This document shows positions 23,456 to 32,569 of a DNA stretch of 64,000 bases, piece by piece. Source of the stretch: Gemmatimonadota bacterium. Its GTDB lineage: Bacteria; Gemmatimonadota; Gemmatimonadetes; Longimicrobiales; Gaopeijiaceae. The DNA is taken from NCBI GenBank assembly GCA_034521595.1, contig JAXHMG010000003.1, forward strand, positions 928,001 to 992,000. Direction: 5' to 3'. The notes beneath the pieces were generated by a model. That model was given only the letters and a program-made list of their open reading frames with translations, ran no database searches and was not told the DNA's origin. The first letter of the stretch is position 1, and each line of letters begins with the position of its first letter. The position numbers and the translations under genes are program-made.

Positions 23456-24346
23456 TACACTCCGTCGTTCTATCAGGATGCTCCGTTTGGCTTGGCTAGC
23501 GGTGAAGTGGGCAGCGAGCATGAAGACCCTGATGGCTGGGATTGCTCCGCAGTCAGCGACGACCTCTGCCGCTATAGCGACGCTGCAGCCATCCTCCTGT
23601 CGGTCGATGAGGACAGCATCGGGCTGGGTAAGATCGCTCGCACGCTCTCCCGAGCGACCGACGACAACAAGGGCTCGACCACGATCGATTCAAGCGATCC
23701 GACATTCGAGGTCTTCGGGAAGGATTCGTACCCGTCCAGCGGGCAAGAAGTCAATGTCGTGGGCTACACTGGGGGCTGGCGCTACGGTGACGTGAACCAG
23801 ACGTGCGCGACGTACCACCCGCGCGGGAAGGGCGACGACTATTTGGGCAACGAGAACGACATTTTCGTGGTGTGTGGGTACAGGGCGGAATTTCACTCTT
23901 GGGGGGGCGATAGCGGTTCACCTGTCTTCATTATTTCGCCGCAGGGCAATGGCGTGTACATAACCGGGCTCAATTTCGGCAACGAAGGCTGCATCCTCGA
24001 ATGCGAACACGCGCAGGCCTTGTTCGCTCCGATGGGTGGGATTGATGCGGACTTCGTCGGCGACATTGGAGTGACGACTGCTGCCCTCCAGCCCCACGCC
24101 AGCATCACCGGGCCAACCACCGCGGCGATGTGGACCTACTGCACATATGATGCACATGCTTCAGGTGGGACGCCGCCCTATAGCTATCAGTGGTCTGGAT
24201 TGGCCAGCGGCACCGGATCGTCGATCAGCTTCACCGTAACGCAAAGTGGCACCCTCTACCTACAGGTGACGGACGCCAATCTTGAGACGGACGATGCTCA
24301 GATCTCCCTGACGGTCGATTCGTCATCCGAATCCTGTCCCCTCTAG
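23456..24346 (+). pseudogene. 5'-truncated trypsin-like (S1) serine protease with a C-terminal Ig/PKD-like domain
   Basis: CRYSDAA (Asp), GGDSGSPVF (Ser), ASGGTPPYSYQWSG; no signal peptide, prodomain or catalytic-His motif upstream. Confidence 0.72.
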
Positions 24347-24381
24347 GGCGGCCCCCGGTGGCACGGGGTCGACGAGGGGGG

Positions 24382-24972
24382 ATGATGATGCTTTGCAGGG
24401 TGCTTGCCATCGCGGCCCTTGCCTGCGCCTTTCCGCTCGCCGGCGCGGCGCAGGACGCGCAGAGCGTTGAGCATGCGGTTGGAATCCGCGCCTCCGTTGG
24501 AGGGAGTCCCTGGTTCCTCAAGCTCGGGCTCGACGCTTCAGTCTCTTTGACGGCCGGTCTGAACGCGGTGGGGATGTTGGAGGGATGGGGCAATCCCTAC
24601 CGCGCGCAGCCTCCGGGACCGCTTGACTCAACTCCAAGGCCAATCGCACCGCGGGCGCCGGGCGGTTGGTTGTTGGGTGGCGGGTTGCAGCTCACGATTC
24701 GAGAGCGCCCCTGGACGCATGTGACGGCGTCGAGCGGAGTGCATCGGTACACGGGGGGCGAAGTCGACGAAGATGCGCTGTTCTTTGGCTTGGGCGTCGG
24801 GCAAGCGTGGGCTCTGGCGGAACACCTGGAGATCGGGTGGGAATTGACGGGGCGGCGCGTGTCGGCCTACGAGAAGGATCGGTACGTCCGGATGTTCGAT
24901 GTGACGCGTCGGACCACGCACGAAGCCGAGTATCTGGGAGCGCTGGCGATCACTGTGGGAGGAGTCTTCTAG
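24382..24972 (+). CDS. Small outer-membrane beta-barrel protein, paralog A
   Basis: Signal peptide ending AGAA-Q, alternating amphipathic strands, C-terminal ITVGGVF (terminal Phe, BAM-type signal). Confidence 0.7.
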   Translation: MMMLCRVLAIAALACAFPLAGAAQDAQSVEHAVGIRASVGGSPWFLKLGLDASVSLTAGLNAVGMLEGWGNPYRAQPPGPLDSTPRPIAPRAPGGWLLGGGLQLTIRERPWTHVTASSGVHRYTGGEVDEDALFFGLGVGQAWALAEHLEIGWELTGRRVSAYEKDRYVRMFDVTRRTTHEAEYLGALAITVGGVF

Positions 24973-25058
24973 GAGCGCTCCGCGGACCTCGGTTGCGCCC
25001 GGCGCGCACAGCTTTAGGACGGCCGCCGATGGCACTCGGTCGCCGAGAGGGAGTGACG

Positions 25059-25727
25059 ATGACGCCATACATGCCCTGGAATGAACCGGTTTCCAGGAAA
25101 CGTCGATGGCCGCGTGGCGATCGGGGTGTCGGCAAAGTCGTGCTTGCCATCGCGGCCCTTGTCTGCGCCTTTCCGTCCGCCGGTGCGGCGCAGGACGCGC
25201 AGAACCTTGACCGGGCGGTCAGAATCGGAGCCTTCGTGGGCGCTAGTCCCTGGTTCGCGAATCCCTGGATGTTGAGGCTGGGGTTCAGCGCCTCGGTCTC
25301 TTTGACGGCCCGTGTGGACGGGGTCCTGATGTTGGAAGGATGGGGCCAGCCCGGTCCCAGGATTTTTCCGGGACCCCTCGAGTCAACACCAAGACCAATC
25401 GAGCCGCGGACACCGGAGGGCTTCTTGCTTGGTGGCGGGTTGCGGCTCACGATCCGAGAGCGGCCCTGGACGCATGTCACGGCGTCGAGCGGAGTGCATC
25501 GGTACACCATGGGCGACGTCCCTGAAGATGCGCTGTTCGTGGGCTTGGGTGTCGGGCAAGCGTGGGCTCTGGCGGAACACCTGGAGATCGGGTGGGAATT
25601 GACGGGGCGGCGCGTGTCCGCCTACGAGAAGGATCGGTACGTCCGGATGTTCGATGTGACGCGTCGGACCACGCACGAAGCCGAGTATCTGGGAGCGTTG
25701 GCGATCACTGTGGGAGGAGTCTTCTAG
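25059..25727 (+). CDS. Small outer-membrane beta-barrel protein, paralog B (alternative GTG start near 25126)
   Basis: Paralog of 24382..24972; the last ~60 aa are identical. Confidence 0.7.
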   Translation: MTPYMPWNEPVSRKRRWPRGDRGVGKVVLAIAALVCAFPSAGAAQDAQNLDRAVRIGAFVGASPWFANPWMLRLGFSASVSLTARVDGVLMLEGWGQPGPRIFPGPLESTPRPIEPRTPEGFLLGGGLRLTIRERPWTHVTASSGVHRYTMGDVPEDALFVGLGVGQAWALAEHLEIGWELTGRRVSAYEKDRYVRMFDVTRRTTHEAEYLGALAITVGGVF

Positions 25728-25790
25728 GAGCGCTCCGCGGACCTCGGTTGTGAAGTCGGGCACGGGAGACTTCGACCCCGCCTCGCGTGT

Positions 25791-26228
25791 TCACGGAAGG
25801 CAATCCAAGACTTTGAGGTGACCGGCCGCCGAGTAGTCGAGGATGTCCCGGTCGCAGGTCGCGAGCTGGCCTCCGAGATGCCGCGCGCTCGCCATGAGGA
25901 TGCGATCGGCGGGATCCCCATGCGGCGCCCCGGGAAGGCGCGTGCTTCCGATCGCGATCTCCGGGCTCAGGGGCAAGAGACGGACTCCGGGAACATGCAG
26001 CGCTGCGTGGACCCAGTCGTCCAGAGGGCGGGAGAGGCTGATCCGCCCCTTCGCTTCGAGCATGGCCACCTCCCACACCGAAATGGCGCTGACCCGTAGC
26101 ATCCCTTCTTGGGCCGCCCGCTCGATGGCTTCGATCGCGGGTGCCGAAAGCGCCGTCCGATCACCTTCGACCACCCATATCCAGACATGAGTGTCGAGGA
26201 CCGTGGGGGAGCCGGGCCGATCAGGCAT
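25791..26228 (-). CDS. vapC: VapC PIN-domain toxin
   Basis: VLDTHVWIW, SAISVWEVAML, HGDPADRIL, LATCD; acidic catalytic residues present; overlaps the antitoxin stop. Confidence 0.92.
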   Translation of the reverse strand: MPDRPGSPTVLDTHVWIWVVEGDRTALSAPAIEAIERAAQEGMLRVSAISVWEVAMLEAKGRISLSRPLDDWVHAALHVPGVRLLPLSPEIAIGSTRLPGAPHGDPADRILMASARHLGGQLATCDRDILDYSAAGHLKVLDCLP

Positions 26229-26475
26229 CGGCGTCCCAGACCTCGCCGACCGGCGCGATGAGGTCGCCGTGGACCGTCACGGACCCGGCCAAGCTACCGA
26301 AGATCCCGCCGCCGCTCCCCGTCGGCCCTTCGTACGGGCTCAACTTGGCGATAGGGTGGCCGTAACGAGTCACCACGACCTCTTGGCGTGCCTGAGAGAC
26401 CCGCTCCAGGAACTCGTGCCAGGAGTTCTTCAGATCGCTTGCCGACACTTCCAGCGCCTCGTTCTTCGTCGCCAT
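26221..26475 (-). CDS. Phd/YefM family antitoxin
   Basis: GGAGGGG RBS; VSASDLKN...VVVTRYGHPIAKL; directly upstream of vapC. Confidence 0.9.
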   Translation of the reverse strand: MATKNEALEVSASDLKNSWHEFLERVSQARQEVVVTRYGHPIAKLSPYEGPTGSGGGIFGSLAGSVTVHGDLIAPVGEVWDADA

Positions 26476-26498
26476 GATCCCCTCCGATGCCAATATCC

Positions 26499-26528
26499 CA
26501 TGTTGTCCTACAAGTGTAGGCCAACATG
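26499..26528. promoter_or_regulatory. Palindromic operator upstream of the TA operon
   Basis: CATGTTGtCCTACA-AG-TGTAGGcCAACATG, 14-bp arms with one mismatch. Confidence 0.7.
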
Positions 26529-26581
26529 CGCGACGCAGTCAAGGAAGCGAAGGCGAAGCCCGCCCGGCGATATGTCTGCTC

Positions 26582-27532
26582 TCACGCTCCCCCGGGCGGT
26601 CGCGCCAGCAGGGCGCCCAGCCGCACTTCCGTGCCCGGCGCGCACCGCTCCTCCAGGACGAGGCCCGCCGAAGGCTCGGTCAGGAGCACCACGGTGCTGC
26701 CGAGGTGGAACGCCATGATCTCGTCGCCTCGACCCACGGGGATCGGATCGTCGTAGCGCCGTTCACGGGGCAGGTCTTCGGTGCGGTTGGTGACCCAAGG
26801 TCGGCGCGACATGCCGCCGGTCCCGCTCCAGGCAGGGTCGAACGCGGCGCTGATGCGTCCGACGTTGTAGGCTCCCACCGCCACGAGCGCGAGGCGTCCG
26901 AGCGGCCCGTCGATGTGCGCGAGGAGCCGCTCGTTGCGGGCGAAGAGGTCCCGCAGATGCCGGACGGCCGGTTCGTTCACCGGAAGGAGCGCTCCGGGCA
27001 CGTACCGGGCGAGGGAGATCGTGCCGTCGACCGGGGCGTGGATGCGGTGGTAGTGCCTGGGGGAGAGGTAGAGGGTGATGAAGGAGCCGCCTTCGAATCG
27101 ATCGGCTTCCTCCGCCTCGCCCAACAGATCCGCCGCCGCGTAGTCGAGCCCCTTGGCCTGGATCAGCCGGCCGCCGTCGATGCGTCCGACCTGTCCCACG
27201 ATCCCGTCCACCGGGCTCGCGAGCCCGGGCTCGGCCGGCCAGGTGCGAGCACCGGGACGGAGGCGGCGCACGAAGAACTCGTTCACCGACCCGTAGTCGC
27301 GGATCGGCCGCTCGGCTTCCGCCGGATCGATCCCGACCGCCTTCGCGAACGCGGTCAGGACCGCGGTACGGAAGGGGCGGGGGATGGGCGCGTCGGCGAG
27401 GTTGCCGAGACCACGGCTCAGCGCGCCCTGGGGCAGGCGGCCGAGGAGCCTGAGCACGGCCCGCCAGGTGAGGGGCGGCGGGCTGGGCGTGACGTCGGGA
27501 ACGGGCGGGGGCGGGGCGCTCGAATCGGTCAT
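26582..27532 (-). CDS. psd: Phosphatidylserine decarboxylase proenzyme
   Basis: NEFFVRRL, SPVDG, QAKG, LYLSPRHYHRIHAP, NER and the FHLGSTVV self-cleavage motif. Confidence 0.95.
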   Translation of the reverse strand: MTDSSAPPPPVPDVTPSPPPLTWRAVLRLLGRLPQGALSRGLGNLADAPIPRPFRTAVLTAFAKAVGIDPAEAERPIRDYGSVNEFFVRRLRPGARTWPAEPGLASPVDGIVGQVGRIDGGRLIQAKGLDYAAADLLGEAEEADRFEGGSFITLYLSPRHYHRIHAPVDGTISLARYVPGALLPVNEPAVRHLRDLFARNERLLAHIDGPLGRLALVAVGAYNVGRISAAFDPAWSGTGGMSRRPWVTNRTEDLPRERRYDDPIPVGRGDEIMAFHLGSTVVLLTEPSAGLVLEERCAPGTEVRLGALLARPPGGA

Positions 27533-27624
27533 GGTGGCCGGTGCTACTCCCGGGTGCGGTCTGCGGTCCCCTGAGCGGGGCGCCAGCCTCACAAACGCAG
27601 GACCTCTCTCGCGATTCCTGGTCG

Positions 27625-27950
27625 TCAGAGGTCCGACCACGCGTAGACGGTGAACCCGTCGCGCATGAACGAGTGTGCGCCGCCGTAGACCAGGGCACCG
27701 GGAGCGGACTCGTTCGCGACCAGGCGGCGCCAGTAGCGCAACGGGTCGAAGAAGTCGCCGCCGACGGTCTCGCCGGACTTCACCTCCACGGGGATCTGGC
27801 TTTCCCCGAGATCCACCAGCGCGTCCAGCTCGTGGCCCGACGAATCCCTCCAGAAGTACAGATCGGGCTCCTCGCCCTTGTGATGGTAGGCCTTGAGCAT
27901 CTCCGACAGCACGAAGGTCTCGAACAGCGCTCCCCGCGCCGAGTGGGTGC
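27625..27950 (-). pseudogene. C-terminal fragment of an AAA+ ATPase / DUF4143 (PD-(D/E)XK-like) protein
   Basis: RGALFETFVLSE..K...LYFWRDSSGHELD...PVEVKSG; no P-loop domain upstream. Confidence 0.8.
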
Positions 27951-28343
27951 GCTCGGTGCACGGGCAGCGCTCGTCCCAGGGAACGGACGCTCAGAGGCGG
28001 CTTCCCCTCGATCTCCGCTTTGCGAGATGAATATTGGAAATTCAGATTGCAAGACTCGCCGTCCCGCTGGCGAACAGCTCCGCCGACGCACCAGCCGGTC
28101 GCGAGCGCTCGACCGGACTGGCCGGTGCGCGCAGCGGATCGAGCGTGGAGACCGCCCGAGCTGCCCTCGACCCGAACGCACCGACCCGGTCGAGCGCGCC
28201 CGGCGTGGCGACCTGATCGGCCGAGAGCGTCGCGCACGTCGCCCGAGGCGCGGAGAACGCTCAGAGCCGCGCTCGCCGGGGCGCGCCATCGGTCACGGTC
28301 GACGGGGCCGCAGTGGGCGCCTGGCCCCCACCGAATCACCATC

Positions 28344-28381
28344 TTGCCACGCTCTCTCCATACATGTACTGTGCATGTATG
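28344..28381 (+). promoter_or_regulatory. Sigma70-type promoter with an overlapping palindrome (probable PadR operator)
   Basis: TTGCCA(28344)-17 bp-TACTGT(28367); inverted repeat CATACATGtAC-T-GTgCATGTATG at 28359-28381. Confidence 0.65.
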
Positions 28382-28410
28382 TGGACTGCGAGTAATCGAG
28401 GGAGGGGCGG

Positions 28411-28779
28411 ATGAGCGAGGGAAGGGAACGGGAGCCTGCGGCTCCACTGAGCGCCACGGACTACCACGTCCTCATGGTGCTGGCCGAGCGTGATCTCTAC
28501 GGCTACGCGATCATGAAGGCCGTGGAGGCGGACTCCGGCGGGGCGGTCTCGCCGGGCATCGGATCGCTGTACCGGATCCTCGCGCGCCTTTCCTCGGCCG
28601 GCTGGGTGGAGGAAGCGCCCGCGCCCAGCGAGGCGCCGACGGAGCATCGCGGACACCCCCGCCAGTACTACCGCCTCACGCCCGCCGGACGGCAAGCGCT
28701 CCGTGACGAGTCGCGGCGCCTGGAGAGCGTTCTGCGGCTCGCGCGCGAGCGGAAGCTGCTGGCGGGAGGATCCCCGTGA
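28411..28779 (+). CDS. PadR family transcriptional regulator
   Basis: LYGYAIMK, GSLYRILARL, RQYYRLTPAGR. Confidence 0.93.
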   Translation: MSEGREREPAAPLSATDYHVLMVLAERDLYGYAIMKAVEADSGGAVSPGIGSLYRILARLSSAGWVEEAPAPSEAPTEHRGHPRQYYRLTPAGRQALRDESRRLESVLRLARERKLLAGGSP

Positions 28780-31475
28780 GCCGCGTGAGCGGGTTCGTGT
28801 TCGGGCTGTTGCTCCGCGCCTTTCCGGCGGAGTTCCGGGCGCGGTACGGCGCCGGCATGCGCGAGACGTTCGCTGCGCGCTGGGAGGAGCACCGGGCGCT
28901 CGGGCTCCTCCGGCTCGCGGGCTTCATGACCCGTACGGCGGCGGACATGCTGGTCTCGGGGCTCCGCGAGCGCGTTCGTCCGACCGTGACGGCGCCCGGG
29001 GCGGGCGCGGGATGGACGGACCGGCTCGGGCAGGACCTCCGCTTCGCGGGGCGCACGCTGCGCAAGAGCCCGGGCTTCGCCACGGTGACGATCCTCACGC
29101 TCGGCCTCGGCATCGGGGGGGCGACCGCCCTCTTCAGCGTCGTCGAGGCGGTGCTGCTGCGTCCGCTACCCTTTGACGAACCCGAGCGTCTGGTGCGCCT
29201 CTGGGAGGGGGTCGAAGGAGGCCGCTCCTCCTTTTCCACGCTGAACTTCCGGGACGTGCGGGACCGGAGCCGCAGCTTCGAGGCCGTGGCGTCCTACGGG
29301 GTGGCCTCGACGCCCGTCTCGGTCGGGGGGCAGGTCTCGCGCGTCTCGGTGGGGTTCGTGTCCGAAGCGTTCTTCGACGTCTTTCGGGTCGAGCCGGTCC
29401 TCGGCCGCCGCATCACGTCCGAGGAATTCGCGACGGGGGCGCCGGTCGCCGTGGTGGCCGAGTCGTTCTGGCGCAGCCGGCTCGGGGCGGATCCGAACCT
29501 CGGCGCTACGCCCATCCGGAGTGGAGGCCAGGTCTACACGGTGGTCGGCGTCGCGCCGGACGGCACCGCCTTCCCGCGCGGTGCGGGTGTGTGGACGCCG
29601 CGCGATCCGCAGGTCGGCGAGTCCCGCACCGGGCACAACTGGCAGGTCGTGGGACGCCTGGCGCCCGGGGTGACGTTGGAGGCCGCCCGCACCGAGCTGA
29701 GCGCGATCGCGGCCGAGCTCGAGCAGCAGTACGGCGACGACACGGACATGGTCGCCGTGGTCGCGGCGCCGCTCCTCGAGCAGATGGTCGGCAGCGTGCG
29801 CCCGATGCTCCTGATCCTGCTCGGTGCCGCCGGTTTCCTGTTGGTCGTGGCGTGCGCGAACGTCACGAACCTCCTCCTCGCGCGCGGCGCGGCCCGCCGC
29901 ACCGAGGTCGCCGTGCGGCAGGCGGTGGGGGCGGGCCGGGGGAGGCTCGCCGGCCAGTTCCTCATCGAGGCGCTCGTCCTCTCCCTGGCCGGCGGCGCGC
30001 TCGGGCTCGTCCTGGCCACCCTCGGCGTCGACGCGCTGCTCGCGCTCGAGCCGGGCCAACTGCCGCGGGCCGACGAGGTGGGCGTCAATCTCCCCGTGCT
30101 CGCCTTCGCCCTCGGCGTCTCGTTCTTCACGGCGGCGGTCCTGGGGCTGCTCACCTCGTCGCGTACCGCCGACGACGAGGTCCATGCCGTGCTCGCCGAG
30201 TCCGGGCGTAGCCGCGCTGGAGGTGCTCGGACGCGGCGGGTCCGCAGCCTTCTCACGTCGCTCCAGGTGGCCATGACGCTCGTGCTGCTGGTGGGCGCGG
30301 GCCTGCTGGCGCAGAGCTTCCTGAGGCTGTCCGCGGTCGATCCCGGCTACCGCACGTCGGGCGCGCTCGTGATCGACGCCTACGTGCCGAGCTCGCGCAG
30401 CTTCGATCCCGACGCGGTCGGCGAGGACGCGCGCGGCGTGGCGCGCGTGCGCGACGTCCTGGTCGAGCGCCTCCGTGGCCTGCCCGGGGTCTCGGAGGTG
30501 GGCATCACAAACGCGTTTCCCCTCAGCGGCCGAGGGTCCAACGGCGGGTTCCTCGTCCTCGAGCGACCCGACGAGGTGACCGACATCGAGGGCTTCATTC
30601 GTCTCGCCCAAGAGGATCCCGCGCGCCTGGGGAACGCGGAGTACCGCATCGCCTCGACGGGCTACTTCCGGGCGATGGACATTCCGCTCGTCCGCGGAAG
30701 GCTCTTCGACGCGCGGGACGAGCCGGGCGCGCCCCACGCCGCCGTCGTCAGCGAGTCGCTCGCCGAGAGCCGCTGGCCGGGGGAGGACGCGATCGGCAAG
30801 ATCATCCAGTACGGAAACATGGACGGCGACATCCGGCCCTACACCGTCGTCGGCGTCGTCGGGGACACGCGCGACGACGGGCTCGACGCGGAGCCGAACC
30901 CGACGTTCTACGGCAACGCGCTCCAGAGGCCGGCTAGCCTGCGGGGGACGTTCTCCCTGGTGCTCGTGGGCGCCGACGTGGAGCGTCTGGGACCGGCCGT
31001 GCAGGCGGCCGTACGCGACGTCGCGCCGGACGTTCCGGTGCAGGTCCGCACCCTCGAGGACATCTTTTCCTCCTCCCTGGCGCAGCGCCGGTTCAGCCTC
31101 GTGCTGCTCGGGGCGTTCGCGCTCGTCGCGGTCCTGCTCGCGGTCACCGGCATCTACGGCGTGATCTCCTACCTCGTCGCGCAGCGCAGCCGGGAGTGGG
31201 CCATTCGACTGGCGTTCGGCGCCGGGCGGGTCGACATCGTGCGGCAGGTCCTCGTCGGCGGGCTCGCGCTCGTTGTCGCCGGCGTCGTGGTCGGCTCGGC
31301 GGTTGCCCTGGCGGCCACCCGCGTGCTGGAGGGCCTCCTCTACGGCGTCGCGGCGACGGACGCCTCGACGTTCATCGCCGTGGCGCTCCTGCTCACCGCG
31401 GTCTCACTGCTGGCCTCCTACGTGCCGGCCGCGCGGGCCACGCGCGTGGATCCTGCGCTGGCGATGCGGGAGTAG
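28776..31475 (+). CDS. ADOP-type duplicated MacB/FtsX ABC permease (no ATPase in the window)
   Basis: QDLRFAGRTLRKSPGF, LVVACANVTNLLLARG..RRTEVAVRQAVGA, GIYGVISYLVAQRSRE, PAARATRVDPALAMRE; GTGA overlap with padR. Confidence 0.93.
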   Translation: MSRVSGFVFGLLLRAFPAEFRARYGAGMRETFAARWEEHRALGLLRLAGFMTRTAADMLVSGLRERVRPTVTAPGAGAGWTDRLGQDLRFAGRTLRKSPGFATVTILTLGLGIGGATALFSVVEAVLLRPLPFDEPERLVRLWEGVEGGRSSFSTLNFRDVRDRSRSFEAVASYGVASTPVSVGGQVSRVSVGFVSEAFFDVFRVEPVLGRRITSEEFATGAPVAVVAESFWRSRLGADPNLGATPIRSGGQVYTVVGVAPDGTAFPRGAGVWTPRDPQVGESRTGHNWQVVGRLAPGVTLEAARTELSAIAAELEQQYGDDTDMVAVVAAPLLEQMVGSVRPMLLILLGAAGFLLVVACANVTNLLLARGAARRTEVAVRQAVGAGRGRLAGQFLIEALVLSLAGGALGLVLATLGVDALLALEPGQLPRADEVGVNLPVLAFALGVSFFTAAVLGLLTSSRTADDEVHAVLAESGRSRAGGARTRRVRSLLTSLQVAMTLVLLVGAGLLAQSFLRLSAVDPGYRTSGALVIDAYVPSSRSFDPDAVGEDARGVARVRDVLVERLRGLPGVSEVGITNAFPLSGRGSNGGFLVLERPDEVTDIEGFIRLAQEDPARLGNAEYRIASTGYFRAMDIPLVRGRLFDARDEPGAPHAAVVSESLAESRWPGEDAIGKIIQYGNMDGDIRPYTVVGVVGDTRDDGLDAEPNPTFYGNALQRPASLRGTFSLVLVGADVERLGPAVQAAVRDVAPDVPVQVRTLEDIFSSSLAQRRFSLVLLGAFALVAVLLAVTGIYGVISYLVAQRSREWAIRLAFGAGRVDIVRQVLVGGLALVVAGVVVGSAVALAATRVLEGLLYGVAATDASTFIAVALLLTAVSLLASYVPAARATRVDPALAMRE

Positions 31476-31510
31476 TGCGGGACGCGGAGATCACAGACTA
31501 CCATTCGTAG
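31475..31510 (+). pseudogene. higB: 3' remnant of a HigB (RelE/ParE-like) toxin gene
   Basis: Encodes VRDAEITDYHS*, resembling the typical HigB C-terminus (DVEIVDYH*), 15 bp upstream of higA. Confidence 0.65.
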
Positions 31511-31525
31511 GGGAGGAGCAGGAAT

Positions 31526-31849
31526 ATGGTCAGGGTCCCTACCCATAGAGCTCCGAGTCATCCCGGACAGATGTTGCTCCGGGAGTTCTTGGAGCCGCTG
31601 GAGATCACGCAGACCGAGTTGGCGGAACGGATGGAGATTCCGTTCCAGCGAATCAACAGCTTGGTGAATGGCCGACGAGGCATCACGCCGGATACGGCGC
31701 TGAGGCTGTCGAAGGTATTTGGCACGACACCGGGATTCTGGATGAACCACCAGCTTCGGTGGGAGTTGTTCCATGCGCAACGAGACGCGAAGGATGCCTT
31801 GAAGCGCATCAAGCCGATCCTGCGGCAGGACGTCTCAAGTACGGGATGA
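31526..31849 (+). CDS. higA: HigA family antitoxin
   Basis: GGAGGAG RBS; HPGQMLLREFLEPL, RINSLVNGRRGITPDTALRLSKVFGTTPGFWMNHQ. Confidence 0.93.
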   Translation: MVRVPTHRAPSHPGQMLLREFLEPLEITQTELAERMEIPFQRINSLVNGRRGITPDTALRLSKVFGTTPGFWMNHQLRWELFHAQRDAKDALKRIKPILRQDVSSTG

Positions 31850-32268
31850 GCCGGCCGCAGGCACCTCCAGCCGGGCCCGGTCCCGCAGGTAGGGTGCGAC
31901 GACGGAATCATCCGCTCGGCCGGTCGCCACCTGCATGACGAGCGCGTAGAGCTCCTTTCCCGGCACGTGCAACGCCCGACCGTTCAAGTCGAGGAATACG
32001 AGGGCGCACGCGAGGCCGGTGCGCTTGTTGCCGTCGTTGAAGCCCTGCGTGCGGGTGAATCCCACGAGGTACGCCGCCGCGAAGTCCGCGAGATCAGCGT
32101 CCGGGTCGGAGGCCCACCGGTGCCTGGGCCGCGCCAGAGCGGACCCGATCACCGTGCCGTCGAGGACCCCGTGCGCTCCTCCGAACCGCTCGATCTGCTG
32201 GGCGTGGCTGGCCAACAGCATGGGCTCGGTGAGCCATCGCGGTTCTTCGCCTATCCCCGCTCGCTCAC
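31835..32268 (-). CDS. doc: Fic/Doc family toxin, possibly inactive (motif His->Gln; the coupled GTG start is out of frame)
   Basis: PRWLT...H...FGGAHG, SALARP, AAAYL, QGFNDGNKRTG. Confidence 0.8.
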
Positions 32269-32498
32269 TTGGCCAGTTCACGAAACACGCCATCGTACTC
32301 GGACATGATCGCTTCATGTGCCTCCGTCGCCTCCGTGAGCTCGGGCGTGTGCGGCACCACACGGAACCCGCCTAGCCCATCCTCGATCCAGCTCAGCTCC
32401 TGGCCGGCCGGGATGCCGAGCCGCCGCACGACCTCGGCGGGCAGCGTCGTCACAACGGAGGCGCCCTGAGCCCTGGTCCTGCTGGTCAGTGTCGTCAT
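32265..32498 (-). CDS. AbrB/MazE-like antitoxin
   Basis: QGASVVTTLPAEVVRRLGI..GQEL swapped-hairpin motif, C-terminal YDGVFRELAK, directly upstream of doc. Confidence 0.85.
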   Translation of the reverse strand: MTTLTSRTRAQGASVVTTLPAEVVRRLGIPAGQELSWIEDGLGGFRVVPHTPELTEATEAHEAIMSEYDGVFRELAK

Positions 32499-32569
32499 GC
32501 TTCCTTCTTCCCCCCTCAGGTGGTGCCACTAATGTTACACTACAGCATAGTCGAGTCGCCCGGCCACCG

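Larger units (their letters stand above)
24344..25750 (+). repeat. Tandem duplication of about 0.65-0.75 kb (24344-24994 and 25015-25750)
   Basis: Homologous TAG...ATG leaders (ATG 44 bp after TAG in both), near-identical 3' ends and a shared downstream taggagcgctccgcggacctcggttg. Confidence 0.9.

Noticed and set aside
24690-25750. Barrel pair as a DGR TR/VR pair
   Set aside because: Both copies are intact ORFs, substitutions are not confined to adenines, and there is no RT or avd gene in the window
26582-28447. 621-aa ORF as a psd fusion protein
   Set aside because: The N-terminal ~300 aa are read-through over the DUF4143 fragment (another frame) and intergenic DNA; psd homology starts at 27532
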